Shown: positions 31,099 to 43,190, numbered from the stretch's first letter. The stretch: DNA of 64,000 nucleotides from an uncultured Nitrososphaeraceae archaeon (GCA_963837175.1 CAWIMJ010000007.1:1-64000), one strand, 5' to 3'. Notes: generated by a model not told the origin, from the sequence alone. Translations and numbers: made by a program.

Positions 31099-32196
31099 TT
31101 ATTCATTATCTAGAATAACATTATTCTTTTGGTACTGTTGGAAAATCTTGTCATTCTCAAGAAAATATTTAAAAGTCATAAATTTTTTATCCCATTCGTT
31201 TATCTTCTCGATTCTTAAATCACTAATATCTTTTGCTATCTCTTCTGATCTTTTAACATTTTCTATTGCTTCTTGAATTTCCTTTGGAGAATTATCTACG
31301 TGCACGGTGCCTTTGTAAAAATATCGCTTCAGTGGAGGCCAGTCAGAGGTTATCAAAGGTTTTTCAAGAGCCAGCGCTTCATATGCGCCTGCTAACATTG
31401 TTTTATTTCTTTTTGTAAGAACCATTATCGCATTAACGCCTTGAAGCAGAGAGATATAATCATTATAATCTAAAAATCCAGTAAAGACTATATTGTTTAT
31501 TTCATTTCCTAGAAGATATTTAGGAGCTTTAGATTTGTCTCCAGTTATATAAAATTCTATTCCAGACATAGTGGTAGCTGCATCAAGAATTTCTGCCAAA
31601 GGCTCGTCAGGTGCAAAAGAGGATATAACAGCAACCTTGAAAAATTTGTCATTTTTCTGTTCTCTTTTTTCCTGCTTTTTTCTACTTCTTACTTCAAAAT
31701 ATGAAAGAGGATCTTCTAATACAATTGTCTTTCTTTTAATATCCGGACAAATATTATCCTTTAATTCCGAATTGGTAACGATGACCATGTATACTTTCTT
31801 CATGATCCATCTGTTTAACGGTCGAAGGTATGACCAAGGTTTATCAAAAGCTCCGGTATGCATATCTATTGCTATATTGCATTTTGCGCCAGTTAAGTAC
31901 TGATGGACTATTGTGGCTAGCGCACAAAATATCGGTGGGATTTGACAAATTATAACCTGTGGTCTTTCCTTCTCTAATATAAATAATGTATTTGTAAATA
32001 ATTTGAGGTATTTGATCGGTGAATATATTTTCTTTTTAAATTTGTAACTGATTAAATATAGTTGAGCATCCAAACGTTCTGCCAAGTTCTTTGCTCTGAT
32101 ACTATGCGGCGCCCAAACTAGGAATACTGTTTTTAGAGGATCCTTTTTATCGGAATAAATTTCATTATTATCATTAATTATCTTCTTACGCTCCAA
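31099..32196 (-). CDS. Glycosyltransferase (GT-B, GT4-like)
   Basis: DMHTGAF, SFAPDEP, FTGFL, AYEALALEKPLITSD. Confidence 0.85.
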   Translation of the reverse strand: MERKKIINDNNEIYSDKKDPLKTVFLVWAPHSIRAKNLAERLDAQLYLISYKFKKKIYSPIKYLKLFTNTLFILEKERPQVIICQIPPIFCALATIVHQYLTGAKCNIAIDMHTGAFDKPWSYLRPLNRWIMKKVYMVIVTNSELKDNICPDIKRKTIVLEDPLSYFEVRSRKKQEKREQKNDKFFKVAVISSFAPDEPLAEILDAATTMSGIEFYITGDKSKAPKYLLGNEINNIVFTGFLDYNDYISLLQGVNAIMVLTKRNKTMLAGAYEALALEKPLITSDWPPLKRYFYKGTVHVDNSPKEIQEAIENVKRSEEIAKDISDLRIEKINEWDKKFMTFKYFLENDKIFQQYQKNNVILDNE

Positions 32197-32402
32197 TTAT
32201 CATAATCTCTTATAGGATAAAGCACTTAAGGATTATAATTTTTACGTAATAATATACAAGTTATTTAAGATCGAAATGTTATTTGCCTAAACCCTTAATA
32301 AAAAGGAGTAGTAAATTTCAGATCCAATAGTCACAATTGTTAAAGCCAATAATGAAATCATTTTTTACTTCTTAGTAGACATCTTGGATAATCACTTGGA
32401 TA

Positions 32403-32476
<74 letters not shown>

Positions 32477-32634
32477 ACCAAAGCTTGCAAAGATGCTTCA
32501 TTTAGATAGTGTTAATAAAAGTATTTGACTATCGTAACAACGTTTTTACGAATCCAAATCAATTAGAATCATTGTCTGTTGAACTATGATTCTAAAGATT
32601 AAAGAATATCGCAGTGAATCTTTAAACGAATAAT

Positions 32635-33615
32635 TTGCCATTAAAAACAAAGATCTATTCTATTAGACGTCATCCTTCATTAATAAAAGACATTTTTAAG
32701 CGAAAGAAATGGGATTACATATTAGATAAATCAACAATACTAGATGAGAAAGAGACATTTGATTTTATATCGCATTTGAAACAAACTTCTCCTTATTATA
32801 TAAATCCAAATGATGATCCAAAATTAAACAGGCTGTGTAGCCTAGAGGATTGGAAGAATCAAGAGATAAGAGAGACACTTTCTCAATTACAAAAGCTAAA
32901 CCCACAGGGCTTTATTCATAGAAAGGATTGGGAATGGGCACTTGGCATAGTAGCCATGCGTAGATTTGGTAAATTAAATAAAAATAGCAAAGCGATAGGT
33001 ATTGGCTCGGGGACAGAACCAATTCCATTCTATCTGTCAAATAACATTAACCATGTATATGTCACTGATCTTTATGAAAAAACAGAAGGATGGAAAAAAG
33101 CAGCCCCCTCAGATTTTCCTGAAAATCCAAAGAAGTATGCGTCTTTCCCATATAATGAAGATGCCTTAACAGTATTAAGAATGGATGGCACTAAACTTGA
33201 ATTTCCTTCTGAGAATTTTGATATAGCATTCTCTTTTTCTTCTATAGAGCATTTTGGTGGAAAGAATCATTCAGGAGCTTTAAGAAGTTTAAGAGAGATA
33301 GAGCGTGTTTTAAAGCGTGGGGGAATAGCTGTAATAGCTACTGAATACATAATTAATAATAAGGAACATCCTGAATTCTTTAATGAACGAACGATATATT
33401 CTGATTTAATCAATAAATTAGAAAAGCTGAAACTTGTAGAACCTCTTGATTTAAGAATAACAACAAATACATTAGATACAGTTGTAGAATTTTTTTCTGT
33501 TGATGCTAATTGGGATAATATAGACAAGGAATACAAAAAAACTCATCCTCTTATTCTTCTTCGGGTTAGAAATATATTGTTTACTTCATTAATGCTTGTT
33601 TTTCAAAAGCATTGA
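32635..33615 (+). CDS. SAM-dependent methyltransferase (type 11)
   Basis: IGIGSG, FDIAFSFSSIEHFG, RVLKRGG. Confidence 0.85.
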   Translation: MPLKTKIYSIRRHPSLIKDIFKRKKWDYILDKSTILDEKETFDFISHLKQTSPYYINPNDDPKLNRLCSLEDWKNQEIRETLSQLQKLNPQGFIHRKDWEWALGIVAMRRFGKLNKNSKAIGIGSGTEPIPFYLSNNINHVYVTDLYEKTEGWKKAAPSDFPENPKKYASFPYNEDALTVLRMDGTKLEFPSENFDIAFSFSSIEHFGGKNHSGALRSLREIERVLKRGGIAVIATEYIINNKEHPEFFNERTIYSDLINKLEKLKLVEPLDLRITTNTLDTVVEFFSVDANWDNIDKEYKKTHPLILLRVRNILFTSLMLVFQKH

Positions 33616-33841
33616 TCAAAAATCTATACTATTGTATTATCTTTAGAAGAGGTGATCTTTCTCGTTTTTGTTGCGATTGAATAACAATAACAATTTCGAT
33701 AACACATTCAAAGAAATACTATTCATAACGAAGTTCCAAAAAATTGAATATTAAAAAGTGTAATGCTACATTAATAAATTACAGAAAAAAAACACCAATT
33801 TATGATAGTTGATTTATAAATATATATTCTATCTTATAGAT

Positions 33842-34945
33842 TTAATTAAACATCCTGATAATATTAAAGAATGTGTCTCTTTGAGCAGGGTTTCTTTTGA
33901 TTTCTTTTATTAGATTAACTAGTTCTTGAATTGAAGTTCCTGCGGTTTTACCTGCAGCTTTAAATATTTCCTCTGAAAATGCGGTTCCCACCAAATCGTT
34001 ACCTCCGTATGATAACGCGACTTGTGCCAGTTTCTTTCCCAGTGCTACCCAATATACTGAGATATTATCAAGTACATTTGCTAGCAAGAGTCTTGATACT
34101 GCAATAACTCTCAAATCGTAAGTTGAAGCACTCTCTTTAGTGATTATCTCTTTTTGTTCTAACTCTGTATTGTCTAAACTAAACTTTAAGGGAATAAAGG
34201 TGGTAAAGCCTTTTGTTTTTTTATGGAGTTCTCTGATCTTCAAAATATGATCCACGATATGCTCTGGTTTTTCTATATGTCCAAAAAGCATTGTGCAATT
34301 GCTCCTTAATCCCAAGTTGTGTGCTTGACTAGCAGTTTCAAGCCATTCTTCCCCAGAGCATTTTCCTCTAACAATTGTGTCTCTGGTTTCTGGATGAAAA
34401 ATCTCGGCTCCGCCGCCTGGTAGCGCATCTAATCCAGCACTCTTCAATCTCAGCAAGACTTCTTTAACTGAATTGCGCGTAAGTCTAGATATGAAGAAAA
34501 TTTCAGCAGGAGTCAACGCTTTAATTGTCACATTAGGAAACTCTGCCTTTATCGCACCAATCATATTCTCGTAATAATCAAGGCCCAACTTTGGATGAAA
34601 ACCACCAACAATATGAATTTCAGTTGCTCCCATTTGTTTTATAGCAAGGCTGGCTCTCGATACAATCTGTTTGGTTGTTAAGGCATAAGCATCAAACTCA
34701 TTGCCCTTCCTGTAAAATGCACACAATGGACAACTTGCGGCACAAATATTAGTATAATTTAGATAATAAGAAGTGACAAAGCTAACAGTATCGCCTTTAA
34801 GGCGCTTACGAATCCTATCAGCTACAGATCCTAACAAAAATAAGTTTTCATCATTCATCAGCTGGATGCCATCTCCATATGATAATTCTTCGCCGGCAAG
34901 TGCTTTTTCTAAAGCAGGAGTTCCCCCTGAAATATGTGTTAACAA
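33842..34945 (-). CDS. mqnE: Radical SAM, aminofutalosine synthase MqnE-like (CofH/MqnC/MqnE family)
   Basis: CAASCPLC, IHIVGGFHP, PGGGAEIF. Confidence 0.75.
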   Translation of the reverse strand: MLTHISGGTPALEKALAGEELSYGDGIQLMNDENLFLLGSVADRIRKRLKGDTVSFVTSYYLNYTNICAASCPLCAFYRKGNEFDAYALTTKQIVSRASLAIKQMGATEIHIVGGFHPKLGLDYYENMIGAIKAEFPNVTIKALTPAEIFFISRLTRNSVKEVLLRLKSAGLDALPGGGAEIFHPETRDTIVRGKCSGEEWLETASQAHNLGLRSNCTMLFGHIEKPEHIVDHILKIRELHKKTKGFTTFIPLKFSLDNTELEQKEIITKESASTYDLRVIAVSRLLLANVLDNISVYWVALGKKLAQVALSYGGNDLVGTAFSEEIFKAAGKTAGTSIQELVNLIKEIKRNPAQRDTFFNIIRMFN

Positions 34946-35047
34946 ATTAATGGTTCTATCGTTTGAAGTTAATATAAAACATTTGATAATAACTGTGGAA
35001 TGCTTGTAAAGAATAAATAGTATTGATAGTCAAAAATTACGGTAATA

Positions 35048-36175
35048 TTGCAAAATACCTTTGCGGTGCAAGATTTAATTAGTAAATCTGATGTTGGAGA
35101 TATCTTAGATCGTGCCTTAACGGGTGAACGCCTCGGGTTCAAAGAATGCTTAAGACTCATCAAATCTGATGCGGTGCATTCAATAGGAATCGTTGGTAAC
35201 ATATTGCGTCAGAGACTATATGGTAATACTGTTACGTTTGTAAATAATATTATATTAAACTATACAAATGTTTGCGTTACTTATTGCAAATTCTGTGCAT
35301 TTTACCGTCCGCCTGGACATAGTGAAGCTTATACCGTATCGCTAGAAGAAATCGTTCGACGTGTTTTGGTTTCTAGAGAAATGTTCGGTATTACCCAAAT
35401 ACTAATTCAAGGAGGACATAATCCTAACTTGAGGATTGAGTATTATGAGGAAGTTTTTAAAGCAATAAAGACAAAATCCCCTGATATAGGAATACATGGA
35501 CTCTCTGTATCTGAAATTGATATGATTGCAAAAGTTGAGAGAAGTAGCACGAAGGAAATTCTTGGAAGGTTAAAAGAGGCAGGACTAGATTCTCTTCCTG
35601 GTGCGGGTGCTGAAATACTTGACGATGACGTAAAAGCAGAGATCAGCCCTCTCAAGATAAAGAGCCAAGAATGGCTTCGGATAATGGAACAGGCTCACGA
35701 ACTTGATCTAAAGTCCTCAGCCACAATGATGTATGGCACGATTGAAACTGCAGAACAGAGAGCACAGCATATTATAAAAATTGCACAATTACAGGAAAAA
35801 ACAAGAGGATTTATGGCATTCATTCCTTGGAGTTTTGAGCCAAACAAAACGCAAATACAATCGGAAGGACTGATAAGATATCCTTCAGGTGGATTAGATC
35901 TATTAAAAATGATTGCTGTTTCTAGAATAATGTATTACGGTTTAATAGACCACCTCCAATCATCATGGTTAACAAATGGAATAGGCATGGCCCAGTTAGC
36001 GTTAAATTATGGCGCAGACGACTTTGGTGGCACTCTTATCGGTGAAGAGGTAGTAAGCGCAACAGGTGCTAGGTCGACAGAGCTTACTGCGCATAAAATT
36101 ATAGATGCAGTCAAGCAGATTGGTTTTAAAATTGCAGAAAGAAATAACTTCTATCAGACCATAAAATATTATTAA
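35048..36175 (+). CDS. mqnC: Radical SAM, cyclic dehypoxanthine futalosine synthase MqnC-like
   Basis: CVTYCKFC, QGGHNP, PGAGAEIL, QSSW, GADDFG. Confidence 0.78.
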   Translation: MQNTFAVQDLISKSDVGDILDRALTGERLGFKECLRLIKSDAVHSIGIVGNILRQRLYGNTVTFVNNIILNYTNVCVTYCKFCAFYRPPGHSEAYTVSLEEIVRRVLVSREMFGITQILIQGGHNPNLRIEYYEEVFKAIKTKSPDIGIHGLSVSEIDMIAKVERSSTKEILGRLKEAGLDSLPGAGAEILDDDVKAEISPLKIKSQEWLRIMEQAHELDLKSSATMMYGTIETAEQRAQHIIKIAQLQEKTRGFMAFIPWSFEPNKTQIQSEGLIRYPSGGLDLLKMIAVSRIMYYGLIDHLQSSWLTNGIGMAQLALNYGADDFGGTLIGEEVVSATGARSTELTAHKIIDAVKQIGFKIAERNNFYQTIKYY

Positions 36176-36358
36176 AGTTATTCAAAATGATTAAAAGATA
36201 ATTTTGTGAGATTCAACTCATACCTAATCAAGGCCAAAAGATTTGATTTAGATTTGGTAATCAAAGGTCAATAAGATTTCTATGTCAATGAATGGTATAT
36301 TATTTGTCAAATCTAATTAGAAATACGTTTAAATGTCTATTTATATAGTTTCTGTCGT

Positions 36359-37756
36359 ATGCCAGTTGGAATTGATGACCTGGCTATCTATGTCCCGAAA
36401 CTTTATGTCGACTATAAAGATTTTGCCAAGGCAAGGGGGATTGAGCCCCAAAAGTTAGAGTATGGTATCGGAATAAAAAAGATGGCCCTAGTTGATACTA
36501 ATCAAGATCCAGCCTGTATGGCTGCGAATGCATGTTTGAAATTAATGCAAAGAAACCGTCTGCATCCCCATGATATAGGAAGAATGTATATAGCTACTGA
36601 ATCTGCTCTTGATGAATCCAAGGCAATGAACTCTTTTGTCATAGGTATGTTAGAACAGGTTTATGGAGAAAGTTCCTTCGAGCACGCAGGTGGAATTGAG
36701 TGTAAATTTGCATGTGTAAGTGGATCTTATGCACTATATGATAATGCGAATTGGATCAGAGCAGACGAGAATAATGGCAAAGCAGCTATTGTTATAGTAA
36801 GTGATATTGCCAAATACGATATCGGTTCAGCAGGTGAATATACACAAGGAGCCGGTGCTGTTGCCATGCTGGTTAAAGATAATCCTAGATTATTATCATT
36901 TGATCAAAAAGTTGCCTCTACAATTATCAAGAATGAATATGATTTTTACAGACCTTTTGGAAAAGAGACTCCTCTTGTTAACGGAAACTATTCGAATCTA
37001 TTGTATTTGATACAAGTAAAGAAGGCATTTGATAGTTATAAAGAAAAGGCTATTAGAACAGGATTGATTGAACTTGAGCATGGTGAATCTATTACAGATC
37101 ACATTGACTTTTTCAGTGTACATCTTCCTTATAGAAGAATGGGTGAAAAGGCATTAGCCTATTTGTTAAGACATGAGTGGCGACACCTTCCACGTTGGAA
37201 GGATGTTATAAAAGCGGTAGGAATGGAAGAACCAACTCCCCAAGATTCGAGAGGCACCATTGAATCGATTCTTGCCGACAAAGAATTTATGAAAGCTGAT
37301 GACAACTTCAGGCGTCGATTTATGCAAACTCCCTTTTATAATGAGGTATTCGAAAACAAAATGGCAAGTTCACTTGAAGCATCTGCTGTTATAGGAAATT
37401 TATACACAGCTTCAATGTATATGGGATTTAGAAGTTTACTTGAATATGAATACAAAAAAGGCACTGACCTTGAAAGTAAGAGAATAGGCTTCGGATCTTA
37501 TGGCAGTGGTAGCAGTGCTATGGTATTTAGCGGCGTAATACAGCCAGAATATAAAGAGATTGTAAAACGAATGCATCTTGAAGAAGAAATTGGGACACGA
37601 ACAAAGCTATCCATGGAAGAATATAAGAGACTTCATGATAACGAAAGGAAATTCGATGATTTTCTTACAAACGCTCATCGAGAATTCGTATTGATAAAGA
37701 TTGGTGGCATCACTGCTGACAAAGCTGGATTTAGAGAATACAACTATGTCAGCTAA
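36359..37756 (+). CDS. Hydroxymethylglutaryl-CoA synthase
   Basis: ATES, KFAC, EYTQGAGA, HLPY, GNLYTAS, SYGSG. Confidence 0.93.
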   Translation: MPVGIDDLAIYVPKLYVDYKDFAKARGIEPQKLEYGIGIKKMALVDTNQDPACMAANACLKLMQRNRLHPHDIGRMYIATESALDESKAMNSFVIGMLEQVYGESSFEHAGGIECKFACVSGSYALYDNANWIRADENNGKAAIVIVSDIAKYDIGSAGEYTQGAGAVAMLVKDNPRLLSFDQKVASTIIKNEYDFYRPFGKETPLVNGNYSNLLYLIQVKKAFDSYKEKAIRTGLIELEHGESITDHIDFFSVHLPYRRMGEKALAYLLRHEWRHLPRWKDVIKAVGMEEPTPQDSRGTIESILADKEFMKADDNFRRRFMQTPFYNEVFENKMASSLEASAVIGNLYTASMYMGFRSLLEYEYKKGTDLESKRIGFGSYGSGSSAMVFSGVIQPEYKEIVKRMHLEEEIGTRTKLSMEEYKRLHDNERKFDDFLTNAHREFVLIKIGGITADKAGFREYNYVS

Positions 37757-39020
37757 CTATTCTGAAATCTAGCGATTTACTCTTTAGAAACTCAATTAAC
37801 CTTTCTGCATGCTTTTCATCTTCCATTTCAAGGCTAAGATAAACACCAGCAGTTCCGGCTGAGATATTAGAACTTAGTCTATCGTGAACTACTTCAACAA
37901 TATTAACGCTCAATTCGGCAATACCGTCAACTACTGTCTTCAATGCTCCGGGCTTATCCTGTAACTGTATAAAAATTTTAAGCATTCTACCCATTTGCAT
38001 AAGACCTTTTGCGACCACTTGACCAAGTAGATACATATCAACATTTCCACCAGAGAGCAATGACACCACATTCTTATTCTTATTGGGATGGCCATTTGAA
38101 AGTAAATATGCTAGACTTGCAGCCCCAGCAGGTTCTATGACCACTTTAGCTCTCTCCATAAGTAAAAACATGGTTTTTAATATTGAAGAATCATCGACTA
38201 ATGTTATATCATCTATATATTTATTAGCTATCTCATATGTTAATCTGCCCGGAGACTTTACAGATATACCATCAGCAATAGTATATCCTGATTTTATATT
38301 TTGCAAAGAGCCTCTTGCAAGCGATTCTTTCATTGCAGGAAAAGCTTTAGATTCTACGCCGATAATTTTCACATGGGGCTTTTTAGCCTTTATTGCAATA
38401 GCAATTCCTGCTGCTAGTCCACCACCTCCTATCGGCAAATATACTTGGTCAAGTTCTGGCAAGTCTTCTAATAGTTCTAGACCAATTGTTCCCTGACCTG
38501 ATATTACATGTGAATCGTCAAAAGCGTGAATTATTGTGCTACCTTCATTCTTGGCAATTTCTTGAGCTTCAATCCAACATTCATCATAATCTAATCCGCG
38601 CAGAATTACTTTTGCTCCATATCTTTTTGTGGCGGCTACTTTAGCTGGTGATGCATTCTGTGGCATAATAATTGTACATGAAATATTATTTCTTAATGCA
38701 GCATAGGCAACTCCTTGCGCATGATTTCCAGCCGATGCAGCAATGACGCCATATTTTTTCTGCTTTTCAGGTAACATATTAATTTTAACAGACGCTCCCC
38801 GAACTTTGAAAGAGCCTGTTTTCTGTAGAGATTCGAGTTTGAGGAAAATATTGGTTCCAGTAAGTTTTGAAAAGGTATCAGATCTTTGTAACGGCGTTTT
38901 TCTTATAGTTGTTTGATTTAGTAAGTCCCTAGCTTTTAATATGTCTTCTATAGTTGGAAAGTCTTGTTTTTTGTTTACATCCCATATACTTTGGCCATTC
39001 ATTACAATCGGACAATGCAA
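37749..39020 (-). CDS. ilvA: Threonine ammonia-lyase with C-terminal ACT domain
   Basis: TGSFKVRGA, SAGNHAQG, GGGGL, SGGN, DKPGAL. Confidence 0.93.
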   Translation of the reverse strand: MHCPIVMNGQSIWDVNKKQDFPTIEDILKARDLLNQTTIRKTPLQRSDTFSKLTGTNIFLKLESLQKTGSFKVRGASVKINMLPEKQKKYGVIAASAGNHAQGVAYAALRNNISCTIIMPQNASPAKVAATKRYGAKVILRGLDYDECWIEAQEIAKNEGSTIIHAFDDSHVISGQGTIGLELLEDLPELDQVYLPIGGGGLAAGIAIAIKAKKPHVKIIGVESKAFPAMKESLARGSLQNIKSGYTIADGISVKSPGRLTYEIANKYIDDITLVDDSSILKTMFLLMERAKVVIEPAGAASLAYLLSNGHPNKNKNVVSLLSGGNVDMYLLGQVVAKGLMQMGRMLKIFIQLQDKPGALKTVVDGIAELSVNIVEVVHDRLSSNISAGTAGVYLSLEMEDEKHAERLIEFLKSKSLDFRIVS

Positions 39021-40085
39021 TCAACTTGATGCCTTAATTATAATTTTATGGCTAGTATGCTTTAAGAAATATCTTGGTGATGATAATCTAAATTATGTAT
39101 GTGCTATCAGCGTCTTGAAGATAAAATTGTTTTTATTACGACCATAAATAACCTATAACAACATGCAGAAGATATTCTTAGCAGTCTATATGACTAAAAG
39201 ACATTGAGGAGATAATATCATTCAAGATACTCGACTAAGAAAAAAGATGTTTCCTTTGGAATGCCACAAATACTTTTTAGATAGATCATACCATCTTTCA
39301 GAGGTGCGATACATAAAAACTCTTTCTACAATAGGATTGTGTATTTTCTGCAATTTTATAAAATGACAACTGAGTAAAATTGTTTCAACATTTCATACTA
39401 ATACAAATAGTGAAAACAATATAAGGAATTTTCACTCAACGATCAAATATATAAGTCAACACATTATAATTGATAGACAAGCACTAAAAAGGATAGTAAA
39501 GATTTGACTAAGAACATAGAAATACAAAGAAAATTAGTAGATTATTTCACTATAAAGGAAAGTCCGAAAGTAGGATTTGAGATTTTATAGGTAATTCTTT
39601 TAATCAAATATACTCAAGTATTTAGAATAGGACAATAACAAAAATGATATTGGTTTTCTCAAAAAATTCATCCTTTTAATTTTTATTATCGTTTACTGCA
39701 AAATAGAAAAATTGATTACGATATCAAGTATATAGAAGATCATTAACTCAGGTCATATATCTATGATAGGGTATGATCTATTGACGATAGTATATGAGGT
39801 ATTATGGATTCATTAGTAAACTAGAAGAGAAAACAGATGCAGATATTACGGATGGATCCCACTCAGAGTTCATCATATCCTTAGAGCACTCATTATTACA
39901 ACCGTATTCTCAAACATGGATACAGCTATGCATGATACAGGTGCAATGTGGCTGATGACGGTCATCTTCTTTATTGCTAATCATTTCTATGTTCACTGGT
40001 GATGCTTCTGTTCTTTCTCTTCTTATTACTATATATCCGAATACAATATTTTATAACTCTAATACTAATACATCAAGTTAATACT

Positions 40086-40334
40086 ATGTCTGAGGACACA
40101 GAGGAAGAGAGAATTTTTAGGGAAAGATATGCTCAAGAGTTGGGAAAGAAAAAGCAACAGAACACCCATAGCTATCATGGATATGATGAGTTAGCTGATG
40201 AAAGAAGGAACATAAATCAGCAGGAGATGAAGACACCAGGGCGCAAAGGAGAGAAAATAAAGCATGAAGAGATTGATAAGGAAATGGTTAGACGTGACAG
40301 GATAAAGCAAAATAAGGAATCAGCTGAAAAGTAG
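40086..40334 (+). CDS. Small highly charged hypothetical protein
   Basis: MSEDTEEERIFRERY...; TTTTATAA upstream supports this ATG over 39999. Confidence 0.55.
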   Translation: MSEDTEEERIFRERYAQELGKKKQQNTHSYHGYDELADERRNINQQEMKTPGRKGEKIKHEEIDKEMVRRDRIKQNKESAEK

Positions 40335-40885
40335 TTCTTACAATAATAAGAAACTACAAGATTGCGTAAGGGAGAGATTAATAATGTAACTCTATATTGA
40401 TTCCAAATAAAAGTTCATCTCTTTTTAGAGTCCTGATAGTTCCTTTAGATTGATATTCAAGAATTCCAAAGATCTACTCCTGAGTATATCGTAAAATGTA
40501 TTTGTTAACTCTGCTTGTGAGCTTTGTAGACATTAAATGAATCTCCCACTTGAACTATTTATAGCAAACAAGTGCTAGAATATAACAATCATTTCAATTG
40601 AAGACAATATATGGAGCGTTGAAATTATCTGGAATGTTTTCCTTCTCATACGTAATTTCTTTTATTTTCTTATGTTATTACTAGATCCAATCACGACTCG
40701 TGATGTAGAATGTAAGCACAGAATCAAAATTTGTCAAGATGGCTGTTTCCTTAGGTCTGCAAAGATATAGCGACATGTCGTGGATTTAGTACTACATTTG
40801 ATTTTCAACAACTGTTGACTTGAAGCAAGCAAAGCCTATTAATAATAATAATTAATTGGCTTCTTTTATTCTTCGTCTTTTATTA

Positions 40886-42214
40886 TTATTGTCCTGCAAC
40901 TTTAGCATTAATTAGCTTGTTGTTTTCAAATGTATTATTATTATTATTATTTGAATCTGGAGCAACATTTATGCCAAATTTTGTAGCATTGATTATTGTA
41001 TTAGAGCTAAATGTATTATCATGTGCACCTGTATTGATAAGTATGCCATTTGATTTAGCATTTGTGATGGTATTATCATGAATTTTATTATTATGAGCTA
41101 GTGCCTTTAGATAAATTCCTTCTTCACTGTCTGAAACTGTGTTATTATATACTTGATTGTTATTTGATGCTGATACAAATATGCCTTTAACTTCGTTATG
41201 TATATAGTTGTTTCTTGCTACTGAATTGTACATATTTCTACTAAACATTATACCTGAATGTGCGTTATTGTATGCTTCATTACCTTCAAATGTAATGTTA
41301 TAACAATCTAGCGAACAGATTATTCCCTCCTCTCCATTGTTATGAACCACATTATTGCGAATTATCATATCATGTGTCCCAGTATGAGGATCTAGTCCAT
41401 AAGCAGTATTGTCATGAATGAGATTACCTTCAATAATCATACCACCTACTCCATCTGAATAGAAACCAGTTTGAAGATTGTGTATATGATTGCCTTTTAC
41501 CAGACTTCCAGGACCTCCATCATATCTAAGACCAGGACCACGGTAGTCATCCACATATCCAAGATATGCCAGTTCTGAATTGATAATATCTGTAGTCCCT
41601 GTTGCATCTTTTTCAACGAATATATATGGTCTAGGTATCTTTCCTTGTACATCAGTTTTAGCATAATCATTTGTTTGCATATTCCATGAAGTTATCTTTA
41701 CTGAATCAATCTTTAATCTACCATGGACATCTATTCCATTAGCAGTATCTCCATCGGCATTAATCTTAAGCCAGGTAGTATCTGTAGAATTGATATATAA
41801 TGCAGCGTTATTAGCAACTACAATACCTGCATTTAATAACCATATTCCTCCACGATGATCACCACTACCAGTAGGATTAGTTTCTTCTTTATGGATTACA
41901 TTTGCATCTTTGATCTGATTATCAATATCAGTCAGACTTGTAGAATCACAAGTTATAGTTATTATCTTAGCATCTGAGTCATAGATAATACAAGCAGCCC
42001 AGTTTGTAGCAGCATTCTGCGGCGGTTGCTGTTGAGCATAAGAGAATGGCAATATTAATGCTGATATTGACGGTACTATTACTATTATCGCTACAGCTAT
42101 AATAACAAGCATAATAACAGATAATGATGACAATCCACCTGTCGATAATACTGTTAATAGTCTTTTCTTAGACTTTCTATCATTTATCAATTTTAATACA
42201 GCTGTATAAGACAC
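40886..42214 (-). CDS. Secreted/membrane-anchored right-handed beta-helix (NosD/pectin-lyase fold, AlgG-like) protein
   Basis: N-terminal TM; repeated Asn-rich PbH1-like units; YGLDPH motif. Confidence 0.8.
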   Translation of the reverse strand: MSYTAVLKLINDRKSKKRLLTVLSTGGLSSLSVIMLVIIAVAIIVIVPSISALILPFSYAQQQPPQNAATNWAACIIYDSDAKIITITCDSTSLTDIDNQIKDANVIHKEETNPTGSGDHRGGIWLLNAGIVVANNAALYINSTDTTWLKINADGDTANGIDVHGRLKIDSVKITSWNMQTNDYAKTDVQGKIPRPYIFVEKDATGTTDIINSELAYLGYVDDYRGPGLRYDGGPGSLVKGNHIHNLQTGFYSDGVGGMIIEGNLIHDNTAYGLDPHTGTHDMIIRNNVVHNNGEEGIICSLDCYNITFEGNEAYNNAHSGIMFSRNMYNSVARNNYIHNEVKGIFVSASNNNQVYNNTVSDSEEGIYLKALAHNNKIHDNTITNAKSNGILINTGAHDNTFSSNTIINATKFGINVAPDSNNNNNNTFENNKLINAKVAGQ

Positions 42215-42639
42215 ATTTTAATTAATGTTATCAGCAGCAGAGCAATTTATCTCAAATTATACATTATTAAACATATTTGATGTAGAACACAGATTAGAGT
42301 ATATGAAAGAGGTAATATAGTTAGATTCAATTTCAAAAGTGCTATATATAGCTGACAACAACTTCCTTCCACGTACAGATACGCCTATGAGTTACGTACA
42401 GCAACCATCATAAGTACAATAGAATCGCATTGTTTATTGTCCATTTTGTATTTGGATGGCTACACTAGGCCAACTAAAACAAGTTAATATTAAGATGTAA
42501 TAATTGCACTCTCTTGCTATTTGCAAACGGAAAGTTATCACAAAAGTTATTGATGTTAGCAAACTACCAATTTGATCATCATTCTTTGTATTAGAAGAAG
42601 CGTGCACTTGCTCAACTAGTCTGGTTTGATCCCCAAACC

Positions 42640-43092
42640 AATACTGATAATAGGTATGTTTTTCTCTTAGAATTACTTCAGAGTACAGGTATGGTAGACG
42701 GTGGAAGTTTATTTCACGTGTATTATTAGTAGCAGATGATTAATGATGGTGTTGTTATTGTTGGAATATCAAGCTCTTGGCGAAATTTGTCTGAGTGCTG
42801 TACTGTAATTATATCTGAATTGTCACTCTTCTCCGGAGGTACTAAAAGCAGATTGACTCCAAAAGGGTAATTTATTAGAAGATTTTATTTTGTAGATTGC
42901 TTCCTGTAATTGCTCAGGTGTGAGACTGGAAGATGTCAATATCAAGCCCGCCAGCATTTGATACTGCTGCTACTACTTCGGGTGTAGTTGGTCCTCCTAC
43001 CAAACAGTAGTATGATCCTTTGTAAACTTGAACTCGAACGTCTGTACTACAGATTGAATCTTGTTAATCGTAGTTGTTAGCGTTGCTGGCAT
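42640..43092 (-). pseudogene. Nitronate monooxygenase-like remnant
   Basis: GGPTTPEVVAAVSNAGGL...PEQLQEAI...PFGVNLL readable across several shifts and stops; ends approximate. Confidence 0.7.
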
Positions 43093-43168
43093 TTAGATAT
43101 TAATTTCCTACTTGGGATTGTTACAGCATAGTAGTACATGACCACAGTATATGAGCCCAGATAGTTAG

Positions 43169-43190
43169 TGGGGCCAGTGGTTTGTGAACC
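43169..43190. repeat. Degenerate att direct repeat of the tRNA-Pro 3' end
   Basis: TGGGGCCAGTGGtttgTGAACC vs TGGGGCCAGTGGgattTGAACC at 53034-53055 (19/22, first 12 exact). Confidence 0.8.

Noticed and set aside
33842-36175. CofG/CofH F420 biosynthesis pair
   Set aside because: Motifs fit MqnE and MqnC of the futalosine pathway better, although the families are homologous and an HMM check is needed.
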